Positions 49,351-57,837 of a stretch of DNA of 64,000 nucleotides are shown piece after piece (position 1 is the stretch's first letter; each line of letters starts with the position of its first letter). The notes beneath the pieces were generated by a model. That model worked only from the letters and a program-made list of their open reading frames with translations, ran no database searches and had not been told where the DNA came from. A program made the translations under genes and the position numbers. The DNA is from Polyangiaceae bacterium (GTDB lineage Bacteria; Myxococcota_A; Polyangia; Polyangiales; Polyangiaceae): positions 96,001 through 160,000 of the forward strand of contig JAPSGB010000005.1 of NCBI GenBank assembly GCA_035063585.1, written 5' to 3'.

Positions 49351-51371
49351 CTCTGGCCTCCCTTGTCGTCGGTGGTATCCCCGCTCGATTTCTCGAGGTC
49401 CAAGATCCGGGCCTCGCCCACGTAACTCTTGGTCTCGTAACGAGTGATCTTGCCGATCTTCCTCACGATCTCCGCCATGCGCTCCGCCTCGCCGATGATC
49501 ACGCCGACTGCGTTCTCGAGTGAGGCATCGCCTCTCACGCTACGCCGGAGCAGCTCGGCGTAGCCAATCACGCTCGTCAATGGCTGATTCAGCTCATGGG
49601 CCGCCGTCCCGGCGAGCTCGGCGACGATGGCCTGCTTCTCTCGGGCGCGCAGCTCTTCCTGGGCCTCGTGTAGGCGCGTCTCCATCCGCAGCTTCTCCCG
49701 GTTGTCCGTGAAGATGCCGACGGAACCGAGCACCTGGTCGCCGTCCATGATGAGCGCCGCCGAGAGGGTGACCGGGAGCGGGCAACCCCTGGCGTCCACC
49801 ATGTCCACGCGATGACCTTCGAGCCGCCCGGGCCCGCTCAGGTTCGGATCGCGGATCTTCCTCATCACGTCACGGGCCACGCCGGCCGGATAGAGCTTCT
49901 CGACCGACATCTTGCCGACGACCTGCTCGGGCGAATACCCAAAGATTCGGCTCGCGGCGCGGTTGAACAAGACCACGGTCCCGCTGAGATCCGCCGAGAT
50001 GATCCCGTCCACGGAGCTGTCGATGACGCGCTCGAGCGACTCCTTGGTCTGCTTGAGCTCGACCGCCGTCTTACGCTCCTGGGTCGCGTCACGGAACGTG
50101 AACAGGATCGCGTCGTCTTCGTGCAAGACCGAGCTGAAGCTGACGCTGATGATGACGGGGTCGCCGCGGCTCGTCAGCACGTGGAGATCGACCCCGCGGG
50201 GATAGACACCCTCCGCGAAGCCGCGGAGCAGGCGCGCGCTCGGCGCGCGGTCCGACTCGACGACGAGCTCGCTGAGCCGAAGGCTCATGAACTCGGTCTC
50301 GCTGAACCCAAGGATCTCCCGCGCGCGTGGGTTCCCAAATAAGACGTAGCCCTCGCGATCGATGACCACCATCCCGTCGGCTGCGCTCTCGAAGAAATCG
50401 GCGTATCGTTGAAAGAGCTGCACGCGGCGCTCAGCCTCGACTCGCGCGAAGGTGCTCTGCTGCGTCTCGTCGCGAAGCGTCTGAAGGATCCGGGCGTTCC
50501 TGAGCGCGATAGCGGTAGCGTTGGCGACCGTGTGGACCAGCGCCATCTCATGATCGCTGAAGGCGGCGGAGCGGCGCGAGCGGAGAAAGAGCACGCCCAT
50601 GGCTCGCTCTTCGGTGATGATGGGGGCGAGCGCCAGCGAGCAGAACGCGAGGGGTGGCTCGGTGCGACGGAGCGCCTCGAAGAGCGGGTGCTCGCTCGAG
50701 TCTCGAATGACCAGGGTGTGCCCGGTCCTCAAGACCTCGCGGATCTCGGGATACTTCGCCAGGTCCAACGGCAAGTCACGAACGTGCTCGTCGTCGCTCG
50801 TCGCGAGGACGAACCCGACGTTGCCGTGATCACCGATCAACACGATGCTGCACCGATCGACTCGCACGACGTCCGCGACGCGCTTCACGACCGTGAAGAG
50901 AATGTCTCGAATGTCGAGCGTCGAGGCGAGGGCCTGGGTCATCTCGAGCACCGTATGCGCGTCTCGTTCCCGACGGCTCAGCTGCTCGACGTACTCGCGC
51001 AGGCGCAGTTGCCCCTTGACTCGCGCGACGAGCTCCGCCGGGCGAAACGGCTTGTGGACGTAGTCGTCGGCGCCGGAGGCGAACACCCGCTCGATCTCAT
51101 CATCCGCGTCGAGCCCGGTCAGCACGACGACGGGCACGTCGGCGAGGTGCTTGCGAGCGCGAACATACCTGAGGATCGCGAAACCATCGGGTTCGGGCAT
51201 GACCAGGTCGAGGAGCACCGCCGCGGGTTGGTTCACCTCGAGCCAGGCGAGCGCCGCGGCGCCTCCCGCCATGGCCTCGCAGGTGAGGCCCTCCGCGGTC
51301 AGCGCGTCGCGCAGGACGTGGCGGCTCACGGCGTCGTCATCGACGACGAGGATGGGGCCGTCCGTCGTCAC
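49347..51371 (-). CDS. REC-GAF-PAS-PAS-HisKA signalling protein without an HATPase domain
   Basis: LVVDDD...LLDLVMP...KPF; GAF; two PAS domains; AHELNQPL followed by only about 65 residues. Confidence 0.88.
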   Translation of the reverse strand: MTTDGPILVVDDDAVSRHVLRDALTAEGLTCEAMAGGAAALAWLEVNQPAAVLLDLVMPEPDGFAILRYVRARKHLADVPVVVLTGLDADDEIERVFASGADDYVHKPFRPAELVARVKGQLRLREYVEQLSRRERDAHTVLEMTQALASTLDIRDILFTVVKRVADVVRVDRCSIVLIGDHGNVGFVLATSDDEHVRDLPLDLAKYPEIREVLRTGHTLVIRDSSEHPLFEALRRTEPPLAFCSLALAPIITEERAMGVLFLRSRRSAAFSDHEMALVHTVANATAIALRNARILQTLRDETQQSTFARVEAERRVQLFQRYADFFESAADGMVVIDREGYVLFGNPRAREILGFSETEFMSLRLSELVVESDRAPSARLLRGFAEGVYPRGVDLHVLTSRGDPVIISVSFSSVLHEDDAILFTFRDATQERKTAVELKQTKESLERVIDSSVDGIISADLSGTVVLFNRAASRIFGYSPEQVVGKMSVEKLYPAGVARDVMRKIRDPNLSGPGRLEGHRVDMVDARGCPLPVTLSAALIMDGDQVLGSVGIFTDNREKLRMETRLHEAQEELRAREKQAIVAELAGTAAHELNQPLTSVIGYAELLRRSVRGDASLENAVGVIIGEAERMAEIVRKIGKITRYETKSYVGEARILDLEKSSGDTTDDKGGQR

Positions 51372-51525
51372 GCCTCGATCTTAGCCGTGGAGAGGCGATT
51401 CGTGCAAACTGGCGCGCGGGCTCGAGGAGCCGGGCACGCCCCCGTGACACCGGCTCCGCGCCGCCAACGCTCGCTCGTGAGCCTGGCCCTGCGTGCGCCC
51501 GGGCGTCGCCGGCCCGCGCTCTGCC

Positions 51526-54099
51526 TCAGCCGCAGGTGCCGTTCGAGAGGCAGCGCTGTCCCGGGCCGCAGGTAGTCGCCCCGCACTTGCACACGCCGCC
51601 GCTACAGGTTCCGGGTGCCCCCCCATTGCAGTCGGCGTCTCCGTCGCACGCGCACTTGCTGCTCGCGCACACGAACCCCGGCGCGCAGGCGCGACCGCAT
51701 GCCCCGCAGTTTGCAGCGTCGCTGCTCAGGGTCTTGCAGCCGCCTTGCTGACAGCAAACCTGCGAGCTCGAACACTTGTCGCCGCCGTTGCAATGGCAGT
51801 CGTTGGGGATCCCTCCGCACTTCTCCCCCGGGCGACACGTGTTCGAACCGCCGAGGTTGTTGCAGACGCACAAGCCGCCGTTGCACGAGCGGCTGAGCGA
51901 CTCGCACTCGGAGTCTTTGGTGCACGCGCAGACGTTATTCGAGCAGCCCTGGAGCCCTTGTTTGGTGCAGTCGTTCGTGCAGCTCCCGCAGGCCGTCTTG
52001 CTGCTGGGAGTCTCGCAGGCGTTGTCGGCGGCGGGGGCGGCGGGAGTGCTGCAGTTGGCCGAGCCGAGCGCGCAGGACGACCGGCACAGGCCGCCCGCGC
52101 ACATCCTGGCCTCGACGTTGGTGCCACCGCACGCGCGTCCGCAGGCGCCGCAGTCGAGAGAGCTCGTCTCGAGGTTGGTCTCGCAGCCGTCGTCGGGAGA
52201 GGCGGCAGGCGGCGAGGAGCAGTCCGCAAAAGTGCCGGTGCAGCTCGGCGTGCACGCGCCGCCATGGCACGCCGTGGAGGATGCGTGGGTGAGCGAGCAG
52301 GTGCGTCCGCAGGCGCCGCAGTTGGCTGCGTCTTCGAGCGTCTCCGACTCGCATCCATCGTCTGAGGCAGGCGCGGACGGGCGCGTGCAGTTGCCGAATC
52401 CGGGCTCGCAGGACGAGGTGCACACTCCGCCCGCGCAGGCCAAGGCGCTGGTGTGCGTGGCGGCGCACGTGCGACCGCAGAGCCCGCAGTTGGCCGCGTC
52501 GCCTAGGAGGTCCGTCTCGCAGCCGTCGTCGCTGCCCGTGGCCGGCAGGTTGCAGTTGCCGAAGCCTGGCTTGCAGGTCGAGTCGCAGGTTCCGAGCGTA
52601 CAGCTCCGAGTGAGGATGTTCGCGCTCGCGCACGCCCGGCCGCACGCGCCGCAATTGTCTGGGTCGGATGAGGTGCGGGCCTCGCAGCCGTCATCGGCGG
52701 TGTTCTCGGGCGGGGTGGCGCAGTCGGCGTAGCCACTGGCGCAGGTCGGCGCGCACTTGCCAGCCGAGCACGCGAGGCCGGTCGTGTTCGCGCCGCTGCA
52801 GCTGTGCCCGCACGCGCCGCAGGAGCTGAGGTTCGAGGCGAGGTTGGTCTCGCAGCCGTCGTCCGCCACGGGCGCGGCCGGCTTCAAGCAGTTCCCCCAG
52901 CCATCTTCGCAGGTGGACGCGCACGTGCCGCCCGCGCAGACGGGCGTCGTCGCATGGGCCGTGGAGCATGCTCGCCCGCAGGCGCCGCAGTGGTCCGGAG
53001 AGATCCGAAGATCGGACTCGCAGCCGTCGTCCGGCCCGGTGGCAGGCCGCGAGCAGTTTGCGAAGTTCGCGAGGCAAGCGCTCGTGCAGAGTCCGTCGCT
53101 GCAGGTGAGCGCGAGCGTGCCGGCGCTCGAACAGGCTCGGCCGCAGGCGCCGCAGCTCGCCGTGCTCGTCTTTAGGTTGGTCTCGCAGCCGTTGCTGTCG
53201 AGCCCATCGCAGTCCGCGAAGCCGGGAGTACAGCTGTCGATGAGACACTGAGACCCCGCGCACTTGGCCGTCGCGTTCGGGAGGTTGCAGATGTTGCGGC
53301 AGAAGCCGCAGTGGAGCGCCGAAGAGGTGGTGTCCGTCTCGCAGCCGTTCGCCGAATTCCCGTCGCAGTCGGCCTGGCCGTCGGGGCACTGGGACACGGC
53401 GCACTGCCCATCGTCGCAGCTCCAGTTGCCCGCCGACGACGTGCAGTCGTTCGAGCAGGAGCCGCACCTGGACGGATCGGCGAGGATGTTGGTCTCGCAG
53501 CCATCCGTCGAGTCGCCGTTGCAATCCATGAACCCGTCGGAGCAGCTGTCGACCGAGCATTTCGCGCCGGTGCACTTCGCCGTTGCGTTCGGCAGCTCGC
53601 AGCGGGCCGCGCACCCTCCGCAGTTGGCGGGATCCGCGGCGACCTGCGTCTCGCAGCCGTCTGGGATGAGACCGTTGCAGTCCGAGTAGCCGTCGTCACA
53701 AGCGGCGATCGCGCATTTTCCATGCAGGTCACAGGTGGCGCTGGCATTGCGGATCGAGCAAGGCGCGCAGGTCGTCTCGGCGCATCCGAATGCCGGGTTG
53801 GTCTCGAGCACGCAGGTGCCCTCGCAGGGCTTGGTTCCGGGGCCGCACGAGGCCCCATCGGGTGGTGCGTCCTCGGCTGCATCCGACGCATCGAGGTCCC
53901 CCGCGCCGCCGCCCGCGCCGCCTGCTTCGAGCGAGGCGTCGAGCCCTGCCGTGCCGCCGGCCCCGCCGGTGCTCGGCGAGCCGCTGACGCCTGCGGTCGC
54001 GCCCGCGCCTGCGCCCGAGCCGCCGATCGTGAAGCCGTCGAAATCTTGGGTGCAGCTCGCGAGCGCCAGCGACGCCAGAACCAGAAGGAGTCGTCGCAT
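51526..54099 (-). CDS. Cys-rich repeat lipoprotein (about 11 DGCET...CG.CG..C repeats)
   Basis: Lipobox LASC after ATG 54099; repeat unit about 55-60 aa; distinct Cys-rich C-terminal block. Confidence 0.87.
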   Translation of the reverse strand: MRRLLLVLASLALASCTQDFDGFTIGGSGAGAGATAGVSGSPSTGGAGGTAGLDASLEAGGAGGGAGDLDASDAAEDAPPDGASCGPGTKPCEGTCVLETNPAFGCAETTCAPCSIRNASATCDLHGKCAIAACDDGYSDCNGLIPDGCETQVAADPANCGGCAARCELPNATAKCTGAKCSVDSCSDGFMDCNGDSTDGCETNILADPSRCGSCSNDCTSSAGNWSCDDGQCAVSQCPDGQADCDGNSANGCETDTTSSALHCGFCRNICNLPNATAKCAGSQCLIDSCTPGFADCDGLDSNGCETNLKTSTASCGACGRACSSAGTLALTCSDGLCTSACLANFANCSRPATGPDDGCESDLRISPDHCGACGRACSTAHATTPVCAGGTCASTCEDGWGNCLKPAAPVADDGCETNLASNLSSCGACGHSCSGANTTGLACSAGKCAPTCASGYADCATPPENTADDGCEARTSSDPDNCGACGRACASANILTRSCTLGTCDSTCKPGFGNCNLPATGSDDGCETDLLGDAANCGLCGRTCAATHTSALACAGGVCTSSCEPGFGNCTRPSAPASDDGCESETLEDAANCGACGRTCSLTHASSTACHGGACTPSCTGTFADCSSPPAASPDDGCETNLETSSLDCGACGRACGGTNVEARMCAGGLCRSSCALGSANCSTPAAPAADNACETPSSKTACGSCTNDCTKQGLQGCSNNVCACTKDSECESLSRSCNGGLCVCNNLGGSNTCRPGEKCGGIPNDCHCNGGDKCSSSQVCCQQGGCKTLSSDAANCGACGRACAPGFVCASSKCACDGDADCNGGAPGTCSGGVCKCGATTCGPGQRCLSNGTCG
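53131..53192 (-). repeat. 62-bp inverted repeat, copy 1 (partner at 57003-57064)
   Basis: 59/62 identical to the reverse complement of 57003-57064 by manual alignment. Confidence 0.9.
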
Positions 54100-55172
54100 C
54101 AGAACCGTCCCCGCACGGTCACGGCCGCCGGTCCCGCCGTGAGCCTCAGGCGGCTCGCGGTCTCGGCGCTCCCTTGGTGATCGAGCACGAGCAGGGTGAC
54201 GCCGGCTCCTGCGCCCAATAGTCCGACGACGAGCCCGATGTTCGCCGCTATCTGCTCGGTTCGCCCGGTGTCGATGCGATCGGCCACCTCGGGCGGGCAC
54301 ACCCCACCGGGGCACGCGGCCTCGAGATCGCTGTACGTCGAGCGTGACATCGCTCCGGCGACCGCGAACGTGACGAGCCCGAGCGCGCCCACCCCGCCCG
54401 CCAAGTACGCATAGGGCCGGAGCGGGTGCCGCTCGCTCGGCGAGTCGCGAGGAGGCTCGTCTACCCCATGTACCTCGCTCTTTGCGGCCGGCGTTCGGCG
54501 AGGGGGCGGGAGCGGCGCCGGCGCCGACGCGGTCTGCATGGCTTCGGAAAGCACGTCGAGCTTCACTCGGGTCACGCTGCCGAGCCGAGCATCGACGGCT
54601 TGCCAGATCCGCCGTCCGCCGGGGAGCCGCGCGGTGACGTCCACGTTGCCTGCGGTCACGGCGATGGCTCGCCAGCGTTCTCGCGGCACCTCTCGCTTAC
54701 CGACAGTGAGGGTGACTTGAGAGGAGTCGCCCGTCACGTCGAGCGAGAGGGCGGCGACCCGCCTCGACAAGTCGAGCATCTCCGTCTCGGCGGACTGCGC
54801 GGTGCTCGCGTATTTCGGCAGCCGCTGGGCGGCTTCGGCGGCCTCGGCTTGAACCAGCGCGAACTCCTCGTAGGCCGCGTCCGTGTCGCCGGCCTCACGG
54901 AGCGCACGAGCGTACATGATGTGCGAGTTCGGGCTCGCGACCACCTCGTAAGAGCGGCTGAACAGCTTGGCCGCGTCGGCGAAGCGCCCAGCCTTGAACG
55001 CCGCGACACCATCCGTGTAAAACCCTTGCGCCTGCGCGGTCTGCTCGGCCGTGGCCGAGTCGGGCGAGGCGCCGGCTGCGCGCGCCGCTCGGGCCGAGAG
55101 CGCGACGACCAGGACGGCAACGACACCTCCGGCCGACGTGGGGCGAGCGAAGCGCGCGAGCCGCCTGAGCAT
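54099..55172 (-). CDS. Secreted TPR protein with a PEGA-like middle region and C-terminal hydrophobic helices
   Basis: Signal peptide; G..AF.AG.F.DA...F..SY TPR-like segment; typical myxobacterial C-terminus; TGATG coupling to the Cys-rich gene. Confidence 0.8.
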   Translation of the reverse strand: MLRRLARFARPTSAGGVVAVLVVALSARAARAAGASPDSATAEQTAQAQGFYTDGVAAFKAGRFADAAKLFSRSYEVVASPNSHIMYARALREAGDTDAAYEEFALVQAEAAEAAQRLPKYASTAQSAETEMLDLSRRVAALSLDVTGDSSQVTLTVGKREVPRERWRAIAVTAGNVDVTARLPGGRRIWQAVDARLGSVTRVKLDVLSEAMQTASAPAPLPPPRRTPAAKSEVHGVDEPPRDSPSERHPLRPYAYLAGGVGALGLVTFAVAGAMSRSTYSDLEAACPGGVCPPEVADRIDTGRTEQIAANIGLVVGLLGAGAGVTLLVLDHQGSAETASRLRLTAGPAAVTVRGRF

Positions 55173-55278
55173 CGCCTCGTACTCTAGCACGACCCGCCCG
55201 TAGCCCGGGCGACGTCCCGGCCCGGACGCTTCGAGCCGGCGGCTAGCCGTCGCGGCTACCTGCGGTTATAAGTGAGCG

Positions 55279-55845
55279 GTGAGCAAGCAGTCTTCGGAGC
55301 CTGGCCCTCGCGCGGCCGAGGGCTCCTCGGAGCCCGTGGCTCCGAGCGTGGTCGTGTCGGAAGCGGGGCGCGGCCGGGCGCTCCAGCCGTACGAAGCCGG
55401 CCCCACCGAGACCACCGTCATCGTGCGCGACAAGCGACGTCGTAGGGAGCTCATCGGAGCCGCGCGCGCTCCAGCGGGCAAGAAGCCGGTCGGCTGGGGC
55501 AAGGTCGCCGCTTGGGCCGTGGCGGGAGCAGCCGCGTTCGGGCTGGGCGGGCTCATCACCGCGCTACGGCAGCCCGCGCCCTCGCCGGTCGCCACGCAGA
55601 CCGAGGCACGGGCGCCGACGCCCGCCCCGGCCCTCGCGCCCACTCCCTCACCGGAGCAGACGGCTGCTCCGGCCGACTCCTCGTCGACGCCGCCCCCGGA
55701 TCCGACGGCCATGGGGCTCGAGCAGCTCCAGGTCGAGCCGGAGCGCCCTCGCCCAGCGAGCCGGCCGGCCACGGCCCCAGCGCGGGCTGCGAAACCCAAG
55801 TCGACCGCGGGTCCTCAGGCTGGCGCCATCCCCGAAGGGATCTGA
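55279..55845 (+). CDS. Hypothetical single-TM Pro/Ala-rich protein
   Basis: One hydrophobic helix followed by a Pro-rich region. Confidence 0.65.
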   Translation: MSKQSSEPGPRAAEGSSEPVAPSVVVSEAGRGRALQPYEAGPTETTVIVRDKRRRRELIGAARAPAGKKPVGWGKVAAWAVAGAAAFGLGGLITALRQPAPSPVATQTEARAPTPAPALAPTPSPEQTAAPADSSSTPPPDPTAMGLEQLQVEPERPRPASRPATAPARAAKPKSTAGPQAGAIPEGI

Positions 55846-55975
55846 GCCCGCGCCGCCACGGGGCGGTCGCCCGCGCGACGCGCCGCGGCTCGCGAGCACG
55901 AGCGGCCGGCCCCCGAGGAGGGGTCGGGTCGGCGCGGCACACGCCGAATCGCGGCGAGGGTGTAGAATGCCCGTG

Positions 55976-57769
55976 ATGAGCCTCGCGGGAAGGGTTGCGA
56001 CGCTGCGTCGGCACGCGCTGGTCGTCGTGACCGCGGTCGCCACGGGCGTGGTGTCGTGCACGATCGACACCGAAGGGAGCGGGACGGGGTCGAGCCTTCA
56101 AGATGGAGGTGACGGCTCGGGGGGTACGGGCTTCGACGGGGGCAATACCGGAGGCGCCTCGGGTTCCACGGGCAACTGCTTCCCCGGTCCTGGCGAGAAG
56201 GCGTGCGGCGAAGTCTGTCCGAGCACGAGCGACCCCGCCCACGGCTGCGCGAGCACCTCGTGCGCGCCCTGCGAGTCCCCGCATGCTACCGAGAATTGCA
56301 AGAATGGCGCGTGCGACATCTCGGGTTGTGACCCCGACTTCTTGGACTGTGATGGGGACCCGCTGAACGGCTGCGAGGTGAACGTCCAGGCGGATCCCAC
56401 CCAGTGCGGCTCGTGTGGGAACGACTGCACCGCGCGCGGCGGCGCGAAAGCCTGGAAGTGCGAGAGCGGCTCCTGCGAGGTGTCCGAGTGCGACGTCGGT
56501 CGCGGCGACTGCGACGGCGAGGCGTCCAACGAGTGCGAGATCGACACCAAGGCCGACGTGTCGAACTGCGGCTTCTGCAACAATGTGTGCGACATTCCGC
56601 ACGCTACGGCCAAGTGTGACTCCGGGAAGTGCGTCGTCGATGAATGCAAGCCCGGCTGGAAGCACTGTGATCCGTCGGTTCAGAACGCCTGCGAACAGGA
56701 CGTCGCGACCGACGCCAACAATTGCGGCGACTGCAACGTGAAGTGCAGCAGCGCGCACGGCACCCCGTCGTGCGTCGCGGGTCGGTGCAAGATCGCATGT
56801 CAGGATGGGTGGGGGGACTGTAACGGAGATCCGGCGGACGGCTGCGAGAGCCGGCTCGACACCACCACCAACTGCGGGGTGTGCCGCCATGCGTGCAGCG
56901 CCGCGAACGCGAGCGCTACCGCGTGCGTCGCCGGGAGTTGCAAGCCCACCTGCGCTAGCAGCTTTGGGGATTGCTCGACGCCGCCGAGCGGGGCCACCGA
57001 TGACGGCTGCGAGACCAACCTGAAGACGAGCACGGCGAGCTGCGGCGCGTGCGGCCGAGCTTGTAACTCGAACCATACGGCGTCGCTGACTTGTCAGGAC
57101 GGCGCCTGCGCGTCCGCGTGTCAGTCCGGCTGGGGCAACTGCAACCGCCCCACGACGGGGGCGGATGACGGCTGCGAGACGAACATCCAGAACTCCGTCA
57201 GCCACTGCGGCGCCTGCGGCCGGGCGTGCTCGACCACCAACGTGGCCTCCGCGACGTGCACCAGCGGGGCGTGCACCTCGAGCTGCGCTTCGGGCTTCGC
57301 CAACTGCTCGAGGCCGGATGGCTCGTCTGCGGACGATGGCTGCGAGACGAACGTCAACGACGACAAGGCGAACTGCGGCGCCTGCGGCAGAGCCTGCTCG
57401 ATCGCGGGCGCCTCTGCGGCGTCGTGTGTCGCGGCTGCCTGCCAGCCCACCTGCGACAGCGACCACGCCGACTGTTCGTCGCCGCCAGCGAGCTCTGCCG
57501 ATAACGGTTGCGAGACGGACATCACCTCGGATTCGGGGAACTGCGGCGGCTGCGGCGTGAGCTGCGATGCCGTTCCCAACGGGACGTCGAGCTGCGTCAC
57601 GAAGAGTTGTAGCGTAACGTGCGCCTCCGGCTACCTCGACTGCAGCGGCGCGGGCGATGGCTGCGAGACGAAGATCGACGACGACCACTGCGGCGCTTGC
57701 GACGTCTCGTGCGACGCGACTCATTCCTGCGAGTGGGACTCCGGCGCGAACGCGTACGCTTGCAACTAG
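55976..57769 (+). CDS. Cys-rich repeat lipoprotein (about 9 repeats), paralogue of 51526-54099
   Basis: Lipobox VVSC, Gly linker, the same first module (GC....CAPC) and the same repeat type; start 55976 or 55967. Confidence 0.87.
   Translation: MSLAGRVATLRRHALVVVTAVATGVVSCTIDTEGSGTGSSLQDGGDGSGGTGFDGGNTGGASGSTGNCFPGPGEKACGEVCPSTSDPAHGCASTSCAPCESPHATENCKNGACDISGCDPDFLDCDGDPLNGCEVNVQADPTQCGSCGNDCTARGGAKAWKCESGSCEVSECDVGRGDCDGEASNECEIDTKADVSNCGFCNNVCDIPHATAKCDSGKCVVDECKPGWKHCDPSVQNACEQDVATDANNCGDCNVKCSSAHGTPSCVAGRCKIACQDGWGDCNGDPADGCESRLDTTTNCGVCRHACSAANASATACVAGSCKPTCASSFGDCSTPPSGATDDGCETNLKTSTASCGACGRACNSNHTASLTCQDGACASACQSGWGNCNRPTTGADDGCETNIQNSVSHCGACGRACSTTNVASATCTSGACTSSCASGFANCSRPDGSSADDGCETNVNDDKANCGACGRACSIAGASAASCVAAACQPTCDSDHADCSSPPASSADNGCETDITSDSGNCGGCGVSCDAVPNGTSSCVTKSCSVTCASGYLDCSGAGDGCETKIDDDHCGACDVSCDATHSCEWDSGANAYACN
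57003..57064 (+). repeat. 62-bp inverted repeat, copy 2 (partner at 53131-53192)
   Basis: Encodes GCETNLKTSTASCGACGRAC, which is identical in both proteins. Confidence 0.9.
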
Positions 57770-57837
57770 CCGCTCGCCGGGAGGGCAACGCGACGAACCG
57801 AGGGGCGCTTCCCCGGCGGAGCGCCCGACCATCGCGT

